A DNA stretch of 64,000 bases from Patescibacteria group bacterium (GTDB taxonomy: Bacteria > Patescibacteriota > Patescibacteriia > Veblenbacterales > UBA10138). Each line of letters starts with the position of its first letter. Within the stretch, counting starts at the first letter, position 1. Location of the stretch: assembly GCA_018817715.1 (NCBI GenBank), contig JAHITT010000006.1, positions 75,147 through 139,146 of the forward strand. The letters run 5' to 3'. Made by a program: the position numbers and the translations under genes. The notes under the pieces were generated by a model. That model saw only the letters and a list, made by a program, of their open reading frames with translations, did no database searches and was not told where the DNA came from. Shown one piece after another: positions 28,683 to 38,827 of the stretch.

Positions 28683-29896
28683 ATGGAATGAATAGATTTA
28701 TAAAATCATTATTGATTACTGGCGCTTTAATCTTAAGTTTAGCGCCTTTTTTGCCTAAAACCCAAGTAGCCGCCGTGGATGACTTAAACGAGCAAATAAA
28801 AAACAAACAAAGTCAATTAACCGAATTAAAAAAACAAATTGATACTTACCGTAATGCTATCGCCGATAAACAAGCCCAATCTTCCTCTTTAAAAAAACAA
28901 TTAACCGTTCTGGATGACAAAGTTGCCCAAGCTGAACTTAATATTAAAGGAAAAGAATTGGCTTTAGCAACAGTCACCCTACAAATCCAAGCGGTTACTT
29001 TAGATGTTGGCCGGCACGAACAATCAATTGCCGACAAAAGTTCTAAAATAGCTGAAATACTACGACAACTTTATCAAAATAACCAAAAAAGTCTGTTGGA
29101 AATAATCGCTCTAAATACTTCTTTTGGAAAATATTTTGATCAACTTAGCTATTTAGAAGAATTGGAACGCAATCTGCAACAACAAACCAACCAACTACAA
29201 ACATCTAAAACAGAATTAGAACACCAACAACAAAACTTAGCTCTATATAAAATTGATTTAACTAAGACTAAAAACGACCTGGAAGAATCCAAGGGTCAAT
29301 TAAGTAGCGAATTAAATACTAAACAATACATCCTAAAGCAAACCAGAGAATCAGAAAGCCGTTATCAAAATCTTTTAACCCAAGCTATTCAGGAACAACA
29401 AAAGGCCAATGCCGACATAAATAACTTGGAACAAGAAGTTAGACGGCGTTTAAAAAATCAAGGTATTCAAAGTCTAAACCAACTGGATACTAATTTTATT
29501 TGGCCGGTCAAACCTTATAAAGGCCTATCCACTTATTTTAACGACCCTACTTATATTTTTAGAAAATATTTTGAACATGGGGCCATTGATATTCCCAATC
29601 CGCAAGGAACAGCCATTAAAGCGGCGGCGGCCGGCTACGTGGCCCGAGCCAAAGACGCCGGCTTGGGTTACAGTTATATAATGATAGTCCATAACAACGG
29701 CCTGGCCACGGTTTATGGGCACACCAGCCGAATTGACGTGGAAGAAAACAGCTTTGTTACCAAAGGACAGGTTATTGGCGCTGTTGGTGGCCTGCCAGGC
29801 ACTAGGGGAGCCGGCAGTTTAACCACTGGCCCGCATTTACACTTTGAAATTAGACTTAATGGTATACCAGTTGATCCCTTAAATTATTTACCCTAA
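28655..29896 (+). CDS. coiled-coil M23 peptidase (EnvC-like murein hydrolase/activator)
   Basis: Signal/TM segment, a long coiled coil, and a C-terminal M23 HLHFEIR motif. Confidence 0.75.
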   Translation: MGRSKHVIIDGMNRFIKSLLITGALILSLAPFLPKTQVAAVDDLNEQIKNKQSQLTELKKQIDTYRNAIADKQAQSSSLKKQLTVLDDKVAQAELNIKGKELALATVTLQIQAVTLDVGRHEQSIADKSSKIAEILRQLYQNNQKSLLEIIALNTSFGKYFDQLSYLEELERNLQQQTNQLQTSKTELEHQQQNLALYKIDLTKTKNDLEESKGQLSSELNTKQYILKQTRESESRYQNLLTQAIQEQQKANADINNLEQEVRRRLKNQGIQSLNQLDTNFIWPVKPYKGLSTYFNDPTYIFRKYFEHGAIDIPNPQGTAIKAAAAGYVARAKDAGLGYSYIMIVHNNGLATVYGHTSRIDVEENSFVTKGQVIGAVGGLPGTRGAGSLTTGPHLHFEIRLNGIPVDPLNYLP

Positions 29897-29912
29897 AATT
29901 TTTATATAAATT

Positions 29913-29946
29913 TAAGCAGGCTATTTTGTAGCCTGCTTTTTTTAAT
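29913..29946. terminator. bidirectional terminator between convergent genes
   Basis: AAGCAGGC-TATTTTGTA-GCCTGCTT followed by T-runs. Confidence 0.5.
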
Positions 29947-29948
29947 TT

Positions 29949-30482
29949 TTAAATTATTTCCAGAGTTTTATAACAAAATTCCTGTAAATCGCCCCAAAAA
30001 ATTTCTACGCCATAATCCGCCTTTAAATCAAAATCCACATACCTAGCACCAGAAAACCCATGTTCCATACCCATAATTACCTTACCTGGCCACTCTTGCG
30101 GATTTTCATTTAAACGAGTAAACCATTTACCAACTTCATAACGAGTGGATTGCGCGTATGACCCGTTATAATTAGGCCTCTCTTGGCACTCCATAGGCGG
30201 ACACCAAAACATTATAACCCCCTTAGCATACCCGCCAGTTAAATCCATATGATACTTTATCCAAGCACACTCCTTATACCATTCAGTCATATGAAATCCG
30301 GATAAAACCAATTTTTTAGGTGAAATAATTATCACCTCTGGATCAATATCATGAATAATTTTAATGGCCCGGCTGTGCCAATCTGGAGCGTGTTTAACTG
30401 GACCAGCCAAATAAACCACCTTACAATCAACAGGCAGATTTTTAATTTTTTTAGGATAATGTACTACTTTTGATTTTTTCAT
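29949..30482 (-). CDS. nucleoside 2-deoxyribosyltransferase-like protein
   Basis: VVYLAGP N-terminal motif and STRYEVG, similar to the YLAGP / GTA(F/W)E(I/L)G motifs of the NDT/Rcl family. Confidence 0.4.
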   Translation of the reverse strand: MKKSKVVHYPKKIKNLPVDCKVVYLAGPVKHAPDWHSRAIKIIHDIDPEVIIISPKKLVLSGFHMTEWYKECAWIKYHMDLTGGYAKGVIMFWCPPMECQERPNYNGSYAQSTRYEVGKWFTRLNENPQEWPGKVIMGMEHGFSGARYVDFDLKADYGVEIFWGDLQEFCYKTLEII

Positions 30483-30543
30483 TTTAATATCCTTGCTTTT
30501 GTTATTTTTGGCTTATCTTAAACAAAAAACAAAGATATGTCAA

Positions 30544-31527
30544 TTATTTATTTAAAGGATGAAATTTACGGTGTGTAGTTTCCGCATATTTATCCGAAGC
30601 ATGAACATAGCGAGTAGTAGTATCAAGTGATTCATGGCCCAGCAATACTTGTATAGCGGCCGGATTAGCCCCGCTTTCCGCCAAATAAGTGGCAAAACCA
30701 TGCCTTAGAGAGTGGGCTGAAGTTGGCACATTAATGTGCAACTGTTCCCGATACTGTTTTATTTTCATTTGCAAATAATTAGTCGACAGTCTTTTAGTAG
30801 TTTTGCCAGAATTTTCACCCCGATAAGGAATAAACAAGGCTGGCCAACTATCGTGGCGCAAAGCTAAATAATAATTTATATGCTTTAAGGCCCGATCAGT
30901 TAAATAAACAAAACGCTGTTTGCGACCCTTACCAGTCACAAAAATACGTCCACTTAAATCTATCTGCGATTTGTTTAAACTAATCAACTCAGAAATACGT
31001 AAACCAGTGGCAAATAATACCTCCAACATAGCCCGATTACGAGTGGCCACTTGTTTATTTTTTTCTAGTAAAGAAGGTGACTCAATTAATTTCACCAGCT
31101 CATTAAGTTCTGCCACTTGCGGATGTTTCTTTTCGGTTTTAACCAGTTTAACAGATTCGGGCGACAAAGGTGTTTGGTAATCCAAATCTATTAAATATCT
31201 TAAATAAGCACGTAAACTGGATAACATACGATTTAAAGAATAACTGCGCAAACGTAAGCTTGGTTTATTTTTTTCAGCTGTTAATCGGTCTACTGAGTTT
31301 AAATAAGCCTTATAGCGGTCAATAATTCTTTTGTCTACCTTAAGAAAGGGGATTTTATTATCCAACAAGAACTTATCAAAGACTTTAAGATCTCTTTCGT
31401 AATTATAAATTGTTTCTGGGGAATAATTATTAGTCTGCAAAGACAATAAAAAATCATCCAAATAATCCAAACTCAAAGAAGCTGTTTTAGTTTTGGGGGA
31501 CAGGTGTTTTTTTGCTGCTGTAATCAT
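30544..31527 (-). CDS. Xer-like tyrosine site-specific recombinase
   Basis: ATGLRISEL (Arg I), HSLRHGFAT (H-x-x-R) and LLGHESLDTTTRYVH (H...Y). This is the RHRY catalytic signature. Confidence 0.8.
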   Translation of the reverse strand: MITAAKKHLSPKTKTASLSLDYLDDFLLSLQTNNYSPETIYNYERDLKVFDKFLLDNKIPFLKVDKRIIDRYKAYLNSVDRLTAEKNKPSLRLRSYSLNRMLSSLRAYLRYLIDLDYQTPLSPESVKLVKTEKKHPQVAELNELVKLIESPSLLEKNKQVATRNRAMLEVLFATGLRISELISLNKSQIDLSGRIFVTGKGRKQRFVYLTDRALKHINYYLALRHDSWPALFIPYRGENSGKTTKRLSTNYLQMKIKQYREQLHINVPTSAHSLRHGFATYLAESGANPAAIQVLLGHESLDTTTRYVHASDKYAETTHRKFHPLNK

Positions 31528-31929
31528 AATATTAATAATTAAGGTTTTAACTGAGTGTAAGAGATATTATACTCAGTTTAGCATAAGCCTTTTATTAAGG
31601 CAAACTACTAAAGCTTACTGCTTATTAAGCAGTATTAGCCTATAAATTACGTCCTTAGCCTAGGATTATCAGTCTAAATACTCCTACTCAGCTAATTTAG
31701 ATGCCTTATTAACTGTTAAATTCGCTTTAAACTAATTAGCCACCAACCAAACTAAGTTGTTAACATTAAAATGGTCTTAAATTAAGGTTTGAATTTAATA
31801 AATCCTTAAGGTAGTTAGCTTTAAAATTAATTTAGGTTTACTTTGGAAATGACTGTCCCACTAATAAGTTTTTTTAATACAGTCTTAGTGCTAAAGATAA
31901 TCGCCTAACTTGAATAATTATTAACTTAT

Positions 31930-32598
31930 TTAAGTGTCGCAAAATATATAATGTTGCAATGCTTTATCAGCTAAACTACTAACCACTATGTCAGCCTGGC
32001 TAAAATCTTGACCTAAGGTGTACTGATTAGGTACAGCAACTACCAAACAGCCGGCGGCTTTAGCCGCCTTAACCCCATTTACCGAATCTTCCAATACCAA
32101 ACAACTTGCCGGGCTTAAATTTAAAGCTTGGACGGCTTTTTGGTATATGGCAGGATGGGGTTTGCCAAATTTTACATCCTCACTAGTGATAACTGTTGGA
32201 AAATAACTAGCTAAATCAAATTTATTAAAAATCAATTCCACCCATTTTTTTTCTGAAGCTGTCGCCAAGACTAAATTAATTCGTTGACCCTTGGCTCTAG
32301 ATAACAAATCAAGTAACCCTGGCAACGGCTGCAACAAATTATCAGTCAGTAAATATTTTTCATAAGCCTGCCTAGCTTCTTTAACCAATACCGGCACTTC
32401 ATCAGGCAAATTGTAATATTTCTTTATATAAGCCCAAACCTCAGGCAAACGCAAACCCATTATTTGACGTTTCAAATCCAAGGTAAAATTTTTACCCCTG
32501 GCCTCTAATACTAATTGACCGGCTTTGGAATAAATTGTTTCCGTGTCAAACATTAAACCATCCATATCAAAAAGCAAAGCAGAAAATCTATTGGCCAT
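31930..32598 (-). CDS. HAD-IA hydrolase (beta-phosphoglucomutase-like)
   Basis: LLFDMDGLMFDTE motif I and DSVNGVKAAKAAG motif IV. Confidence 0.65.
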   Translation of the reverse strand: MANRFSALLFDMDGLMFDTETIYSKAGQLVLEARGKNFTLDLKRQIMGLRLPEVWAYIKKYYNLPDEVPVLVKEARQAYEKYLLTDNLLQPLPGLLDLLSRAKGQRINLVLATASEKKWVELIFNKFDLASYFPTVITSEDVKFGKPHPAIYQKAVQALNLSPASCLVLEDSVNGVKAAKAAGCLVVAVPNQYTLGQDFSQADIVVSSLADKALQHYIFCDT

Positions 32599-32601
32599 AA
32601 G

Positions 32602-33492
32602 CTACTTTAATTTATAGAATAAACGAGCACCAAAACGAACATCCACGTACAGCAAACGGTTAATGTCTCCTTTTATTTTTTCCGCTAATAAACGCTTTAA
32701 AGAATTTATTTGCCCTAACGGATCTTCACGTACTGAAAGATAAACATACCAACCATCTGCAGTATAAGCCTGAACAGTTGGCAAACCAGCCAAATCCAAT
32801 AAAACATAATCCAACTTGATTTTTGAAAGATTCTCTTGCCAAAATTTGTTAAAACTATCCACAAAAGCAATAGCCTGCTCATCAATCACCTGATCACCTA
32901 AATTATAGCCCTTATCCCCCACTTCCCTAATTAAAACTAAATTAGTACTTAAAACTGCTTGATCTTTTAATTCTTGAACAATTATCCCCCTTTGGTCAAC
33001 GGCATATACTTTATTTTTAGTTTGCCAACGAGCGATCATTAAACTTTCCCGAAAATTCAATTTTAAAACATTCGGCCAATGTCTTTTAAAAAATAAATCC
33101 TGACTGTAAAATTCCTGACCAACCAACTTGCGAGCCTTAGAAGTATCAAAAAAAATAATATTAGACTGAGGCCACAATAACCAACGTCGTCCAGCTATTT
33201 CCTGGTTTAAAATCAATCTTATTTTGTTTCTGGCTTCTTGCGAAGGTACACCATTAATAATAATATTCTTTATGGAAAAAATTGGTAAATGAATAATCAC
33301 TGCAACTAAAACAATAAATAATCCAGGTAAAATATAATAGAGTCTCTTTCGCCAAGTCGGTTTAGCCTGAGTTTGATAAGCTTTAAACAACCGACGATTA
33401 ACGTCGGGAATTTCATGTTTAGCTCGAGCATAATCATGCCCGCGCCTTTTTTTTACAGTTGAACGTGCTTTAAATTGCTTTACTGATACCAT
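32602..33492 (-). CDS. ftsQ: cell division protein FtsQ/DivIB-like
   Basis: Cytoplasmic N-terminus, single TM helix and a POTRA-like region. Conserved position immediately downstream of ddl. Confidence 0.5.
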   Translation of the reverse strand: MVSVKQFKARSTVKKRRGHDYARAKHEIPDVNRRLFKAYQTQAKPTWRKRLYYILPGLFIVLVAVIIHLPIFSIKNIIINGVPSQEARNKIRLILNQEIAGRRWLLWPQSNIIFFDTSKARKLVGQEFYSQDLFFKRHWPNVLKLNFRESLMIARWQTKNKVYAVDQRGIIVQELKDQAVLSTNLVLIREVGDKGYNLGDQVIDEQAIAFVDSFNKFWQENLSKIKLDYVLLDLAGLPTVQAYTADGWYVYLSVREDPLGQINSLKRLLAEKIKGDINRLLYVDVRFGARLFYKLK

Positions 33493-34604
33493 TGTTTAGT
33501 GGGTTTATAAGAAGTCTGTAATTGTTTTTTGTCCTGATAATTAGCCAAAGCCAAAGAGATTAAACGATCTAATAATTCAGAATATCCTAATCCGGAGTGC
33601 CCCCATAATTTAGGATACATACTAATACTGGTAAAACCCGGCATAGTATTTGGTTCATTTAAATAAATTTTTCTTGACTTTTGGGACACCAAAAAATCTA
33701 TCCTGGCTAAACCTTTTAAATCTAAAACTTTAAAACAAGCCACGGCTAAATTTTTTATTTTCCGACTGACAGTTTTAGATAAAGGGGCTGGAATTATCAA
33801 ATTAGATTTACCATCAACATATTTAGCGTCGTAATCATAAAATTCATTGCTAGGTATAACCTGACCTAAAACAGAAACTTGGGGCTCATTATTACCCAAA
33901 ACCGAACACTCAATCTCTAAAGGTTGTTTGACCGCTTGCTCAACCAAAATACGCCTGTCATATTTAAAAGCTAAATTAATAGCAATTTTAAGCTGCAACA
34001 AATTATTAACCTTACTAATACCCACCGAAGATCCTAAATTAGCTGGTTTAACAAACATAGGATATTTTAAAACTTGGCAATTTTTTATAAAAACCGCTGA
34101 ACTTTTTTTATAATCAAACTTATTAGTATAAACAAAAGGTAACACTGGTAAACCAGCCTGCTGACAAATTAATTTTTGAATAATTTTATCCATAGCTACG
34201 GCCGAACCCAATACTCCAGCGCCCACATAAGGCAAATCTGTCAATTCTAAAAAACCTTGAATAATTCCATCCTCCCCAAAGGTACCATGTAAAACCGGCC
34301 AAATAACATCAACAGTTCCTTGTATTTTTTTTATATCAGTTCTTTTATAAAAGCGTCCACCATTCGGTTCGGGTAATAAAACAATTTCTTTTTTAAAGAA
34401 ACTTGTTTGGGGATTTTTTAAGAATTTTAAAACAGTTGAACCACCCAACCAAATACCCTCTTTAGATAAACCAATTGGCACGACTTGATATTTTTTTTTG
34501 TCTAAATGTTTAATTACCGAAGCAGCTGAAACTAAAGAAACTTCATGCTCCGCCGAACGACCACCAAACAAAACACCAATTCGTAATTTATTTTTTTTAA
34601 CCAT
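33480..34604 (-). CDS. ddl: D-alanine--D-alanine ligase
   Basis: [16 protein letters not shown]-terminus and an ATP-grasp region. Confidence 0.85.
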   Translation of the reverse strand: MVKKNKLRIGVLFGGRSAEHEVSLVSAASVIKHLDKKKYQVVPIGLSKEGIWLGGSTVLKFLKNPQTSFFKKEIVLLPEPNGGRFYKRTDIKKIQGTVDVIWPVLHGTFGEDGIIQGFLELTDLPYVGAGVLGSAVAMDKIIQKLICQQAGLPVLPFVYTNKFDYKKSSAVFIKNCQVLKYPMFVKPANLGSSVGISKVNNLLQLKIAINLAFKYDRRILVEQAVKQPLEIECSVLGNNEPQVSVLGQVIPSNEFYDYDAKYVDGKSNLIIPAPLSKTVSRKIKNLAVACFKVLDLKGLARIDFLVSQKSRKIYLNEPNTMPGFTSISMYPKLWGHSGLGYSELLDRLISLALANYQDKKQLQTSYKPTKQWYQ

Positions 34605-34609
34605 AAAAA

Positions 34610-35767
34610 TTATTTAACCAATACTCTAGGTAATAATGGATTAATAGCCGTTATTACCTCATAATTTATAGTACCAGATTTAATGCCTATTTGCTCGGCC
34701 GTTATCTGCTTTTTACCTTGGCAGCCCAATAAAACAACTTCGTCATTAACCCTAACCTTAGCTAATTTAGTTACATCTACCATGGTTATATTCATACAAA
34801 CACGACCAATAACCGGGCAAAGCTGACCTTGGATAATAACCTCCCCTTTGTTAGATAAAGACCGACGATAACCATCCCAATAACCTACTGGCAAAACCGC
34901 CATAGTAATGGCTTGTTTGGTAGTATAGGTGCGTCCATAACCAACTGTTGCACCTTTAGGCAATTTTTGCAGTTCAATAATAAAAGTTTTCCAAGTTAAA
35001 GCCGGCTGAAGACGAATTTTGGGCTTAAATTTATTAACAACTAATTTATTTTCTGCTGACGGCCACAAACCGTAATAACCTATACCCAAACGTCCCAAAT
35101 CATAATGAGAGTTTTTAAAACTATTCAAAGCGGCTGTACAAGCTATATGACGATAATATTTATCCGGCAACCAAGCTTGACCTTTTTCCAAAAAAGCTGA
35201 AAAATTTCCCAACTGTTCTAATAAAAATCCAGACTGTTTTGATTCGGCAGTAGCCAAATGAGAAGCCACACCTTCCAATTTTAACCAAAGAGAATTCCTT
35301 ATTTGTTTAAGAAAATCATAAGCTTGTTTATCGCGTAATCCCAAACGAGCCATTCCAGTGTCTATTTTTAAATGAACACGAGCGGGCTTTTTAACTTGCT
35401 GCCCCGCTTTACTTAAAGCTAATAAAGCCGACTGCTCGTAAACCACAAAAGAAATTTTTTGTTTAATAGCTTTTTGTAAATCAAATTGACGTAACGGCTG
35501 GTAATAACTTAAAACTAAAATTGGCAAATTAATTTTAGCCGCCCGTAAAGAAAAAGCTTCGGCTAAAGAAGCTACACCTAACCAATCTATTTTACCCGAA
35601 GACTCCCCGACCTTGGCGGCCAAAACCAAACCATGTCCATAAGCATTACTTTTTACTACTGCCATTAATTTAGCTTGGCCACCTAAAAAAGACCTATGAA
35701 CACTTATATTGTTCAGTAAGGCTTTACGACTTACTTCTAGCCAAGAATAATTAGGATAATCTTTCAT
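34610..35767 (-). CDS. alr: alanine racemase
   Basis: PLP-binding motif [11 protein letters not shown]. Confidence 0.85.
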   Translation of the reverse strand: MKDYPNYSWLEVSRKALLNNISVHRSFLGGQAKLMAVVKSNAYGHGLVLAAKVGESSGKIDWLGVASLAEAFSLRAAKINLPILVLSYYQPLRQFDLQKAIKQKISFVVYEQSALLALSKAGQQVKKPARVHLKIDTGMARLGLRDKQAYDFLKQIRNSLWLKLEGVASHLATAESKQSGFLLEQLGNFSAFLEKGQAWLPDKYYRHIACTAALNSFKNSHYDLGRLGIGYYGLWPSAENKLVVNKFKPKIRLQPALTWKTFIIELQKLPKGATVGYGRTYTTKQAITMAVLPVGYWDGYRRSLSNKGEVIIQGQLCPVIGRVCMNITMVDVTKLAKVRVNDEVVLLGCQGKKQITAEQIGIKSGTINYEVITAINPLLPRVLVK

Positions 35768-35779
35768 GTTTTTAGCCTG

Positions 35780-37015
35780 CTAACCTATTTTAGCTAGGCC
35801 TCCCATATAAGGCTGCAAAACCTTAGGGATAATAATACTGCCGTCAGCCTGCTGATAGTTTTCTAAAATAGCTATCAAAGTACGACCAATGGCAAAAACT
35901 GTTCCGTTAAGCATATGAACAAAATCCATTTTACCCTCGGCTGTTTTATAGCGAATATTCAAACGCCTAGCCTGAAAATCCGTGGTAGTTGAACAAGAAT
36001 GAGTTTCTCGATATTTACTCTCCGAAGGAATCCAAGTTTCGATATCATACTTACGAGCAGCTGGATCTCCTAAATCCGCTGTACACATCTTAATAACTTG
36101 ATAAGGTAATTTTAAACCTTGCATCAATTCTTCTTCTATAACCAAGAGTTTATCGTGCTCCTTATCCGAATCCTCTGGTTTAGTAAATACTACCATTTCC
36201 AATTTATCAAACTGATGAACGCGTAAAATACCTTTGGTATCCTTACCATAACTACCGGCCTCACTTCTAAAGCAAGAAGAAAAACCAGCATATCTTTTAG
36301 GTAAATCTGTAAGTTCTAAAACTTCATCCATATGCATAGGCCCGATTGATTGTTCAGAAGTACCTACTAAATAAAGCTGTTGTTCTTTTAAATGATAAGT
36401 TTCTTCTTCCCCACCATTTTCCAAATAACCCATAGCTTGCATGGCTTTTTCACTAATTAAAACCGGCGGCACTACTGGCACAAAACCATTTTTAAGAACC
36501 ACTGATAAACCATACTGGACTAAAGCAAATTCCAATAAAACCGCTTCATTTTTTAAATAACCAAACCTAGAACCTGACACTTTGGCGGCCCGGGCCATAT
36601 CTATTAAATCGTGCTGCTCCGCCAAAGTTAGATAATCTTTAACTGTAAAATTAAAATCCGGCTTACTACCTACCTGCCTTAAAACCTCATTATCATTTTC
36701 TGTTTTACCAACTTTAACATCGGGCCGAGCCGGATTAGGCAGGCTAAGCAAAATATCATTTAACTGGTCAGTTAACTGTTTTAATTCTTGCTCTTTAGTT
36801 TTAAGAACTTCCTTTTTAGCCTTGGCTTCAGCTCGATCCGCCTCGCTTACCAACTTATCCCCTCGACCTTGACGTAAACCATCCACTTCCGCTTGCAAAG
36901 CCCTTCTTTGATTATCCAAATCCAAAATAACCTTAATATCTATAGTCCGATTTTTAGCCTGGCTAGCCTTAACTACTAAATCCGGATTGTCTCTTAAATA
37001 TTTTATATCAATCAT
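35780..37015 (-). CDS. serS: seryl-tRNA synthetase
   Basis: N-terminal coiled-coil arm and class II motifs. Confidence 0.9.
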   Translation of the reverse strand: MIDIKYLRDNPDLVVKASQAKNRTIDIKVILDLDNQRRALQAEVDGLRQGRGDKLVSEADRAEAKAKKEVLKTKEQELKQLTDQLNDILLSLPNPARPDVKVGKTENDNEVLRQVGSKPDFNFTVKDYLTLAEQHDLIDMARAAKVSGSRFGYLKNEAVLLEFALVQYGLSVVLKNGFVPVVPPVLISEKAMQAMGYLENGGEEETYHLKEQQLYLVGTSEQSIGPMHMDEVLELTDLPKRYAGFSSCFRSEAGSYGKDTKGILRVHQFDKLEMVVFTKPEDSDKEHDKLLVIEEELMQGLKLPYQVIKMCTADLGDPAARKYDIETWIPSESKYRETHSCSTTTDFQARRLNIRYKTAEGKMDFVHMLNGTVFAIGRTLIAILENYQQADGSIIIPKVLQPYMGGLAKIG

Positions 37016-37626
37016 ATTTGGGAAAGATAAGAATCTAATTGCTTAATAATTTCCGGCCGATGACGAAAACCCGCTTCTGCTAATTCTTGATAAGATAATT
37101 CCGCTGACATTTTATTGTATTTTGACACAAAAAACAAAGAACGGAAAGGGTAACCCACTATCCTTTTAGAACAGGTTGCTTCGGCAATATAACCAGTCAT
37201 CCCTTGAGCAACAGCTATGTGCACTTGATTGGCTTTTATAACTAAAGCGGTAGCTATAGCAAAATGACAAGTTCTTTTATTCCAAGATACTCCCTGTAAA
37301 CGACGTAAGGTTTCACTTATTAATTCATCATCCGTAGCTTCTTTGTTTGAATTTTCAAAAATCCGACGCGAAGATACGCCCGGCCAACCACCTAAAACAT
37401 CTATTTCTAAACCGCTATCATCGGCTAAAGTTGGCAAACCAGACAACTGATAATAAAACTTAGCTTTGCTAAGTGCGTTAGCCTCAAACGTTTTACTATC
37501 TTCCGGCGCTTTATCAGTTATAGCCATATCTTTAAGAGAAACTAAATCAAAAGAATAATCTTTTAATAATTCAGCAAACTCGTTAAATTTAGCTGGGTTA
37601 TGAGTGGCAATTAACAGTTTGGGCAT
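37012..37626 (-). CDS. non-canonical purine NTP pyrophosphatase (RdgB/Ham1 family)
   Basis: IATHNPAKFNEF N-terminal motif. Confidence 0.6.
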   Translation of the reverse strand: MPKLLIATHNPAKFNEFAELLKDYSFDLVSLKDMAITDKAPEDSKTFEANALSKAKFYYQLSGLPTLADDSGLEIDVLGGWPGVSSRRIFENSNKEATDDELISETLRRLQGVSWNKRTCHFAIATALVIKANQVHIAVAQGMTGYIAEATCSKRIVGYPFRSLFFVSKYNKMSAELSYQELAEAGFRHRPEIIKQLDSYLSQI

Positions 37627-37628
37627 AA

Positions 37629-38114
37629 TTATTTTTTTCTAGGACCAGACGGCGATGTTAAATCATCAAACTTTAAACCTAAATTTAATAATTTTTCTGC
37701 CTGTTTAATTTCCTCGGCCACGCCCACGTGGTCTAATTCCTTCAAATCTTCCAAACTTACCCATTTATAATCCACAAAATCATGGGCATCAAAATTAACT
37801 GCTTGACCATCATCAGCCAAACGACACAAATAAGTAAACACCCTAACTGCTTGGCCATCCGACCTAATAAAAGCCGTATCACGCAATAAAATCTTGCCGG
37901 GCAACACATTTAAACCTGCCTCTTCTTTTACCTCTCGCTGTAAAACTGATTCTATATCTTCCAATCCTTCAGTTTTACCCCCAGGAAAACACCATTTGTT
38001 AGGATAAGCAATTTCCCGTGGATGGCGCTTTAATAACAAATAGCGGCCGTCTTTATTCCTAATTACGGCCGTGACAGTGACAATATACAATTTATTCTGC
38101 TTGTCGTAGGGCAT
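37629..38114 (-). CDS. NUDIX hydrolase
   Basis: GGKTEGLEDIESVLQREVKEEAGL Nudix box. Confidence 0.7.
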   Translation of the reverse strand: MPYDKQNKLYIVTVTAVIRNKDGRYLLLKRHPREIAYPNKWCFPGGKTEGLEDIESVLQREVKEEAGLNVLPGKILLRDTAFIRSDGQAVRVFTYLCRLADDGQAVNFDAHDFVDYKWVSLEDLKELDHVGVAEEIKQAEKLLNLGLKFDDLTSPSGPRKK

Positions 38115-38120
38115 AAATAT

Positions 38121-38813
38121 TTAATGAGAGAAAATCACCTGATTAACCCTATCCCCTAAATGCTTATGCTTAATTGAGCCGCTAAAAGTCAGCCCTTTTA
38201 TAAAATCTTTATCTTGATGAATATTAATTACTGATTTATAATTTTCCGTTGACTCGTTCAAGGCTTTATAAAATTCTTCTGAAGCATAATCATTAACCAC
38301 ACACCCCACTTCCGGATTTTCTTTAATTTGTATCAGTTGATCAATGCTTTCAAAAACAGTTTTTTCCATTAAAGGTTGGACAACTTGACCCAACCCCTTA
38401 CTAAAATTAACTAATTTTAATCTCAAACTAATGCCTGATTCTGACATATAATACAAAGAATCTAAAACTGATTTGTTTAATGGTTCTTCTGTGCCACCAC
38501 CACTTAAAGAGTCTGTAGAAAACTTATATTTCCAAATATTTTGATTGTCTAAAAATTTTTCTATAGAAACTATATACTGTTGACAAAGACTTTCTTTTTG
38601 AATGCCCGAGCCAGTTAATTTAGCGTTGTGATTATAGTCTTTTATTAAATTGTTTAAAGAATCTTGAATGTCTTTTAACTTTTTTAAATCATCAACCGAA
38701 ATTACCTCATTTTTAAAAGGGTATTTACTTATTTCAGAAAATTCTTGTTCTTGTTTATTTTTAAATTGACCAAACGCCTGAGCAAACCCTGAATCTGGCG
38801 CAAAACTGTTCAT
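38121..38813 (-). CDS. hypothetical protein
   Basis: 230 aa with no recognised motif. Confidence 0.35.
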   Translation of the reverse strand: MNSFAPDSGFAQAFGQFKNKQEQEFSEISKYPFKNEVISVDDLKKLKDIQDSLNNLIKDYNHNAKLTGSGIQKESLCQQYIVSIEKFLDNQNIWKYKFSTDSLSGGGTEEPLNKSVLDSLYYMSESGISLRLKLVNFSKGLGQVVQPLMEKTVFESIDQLIQIKENPEVGCVVNDYASEEFYKALNESTENYKSVINIHQDKDFIKGLTFSGSIKHKHLGDRVNQVIFSH

Positions 38814-38827
38814 AAAATTAAACTTTA

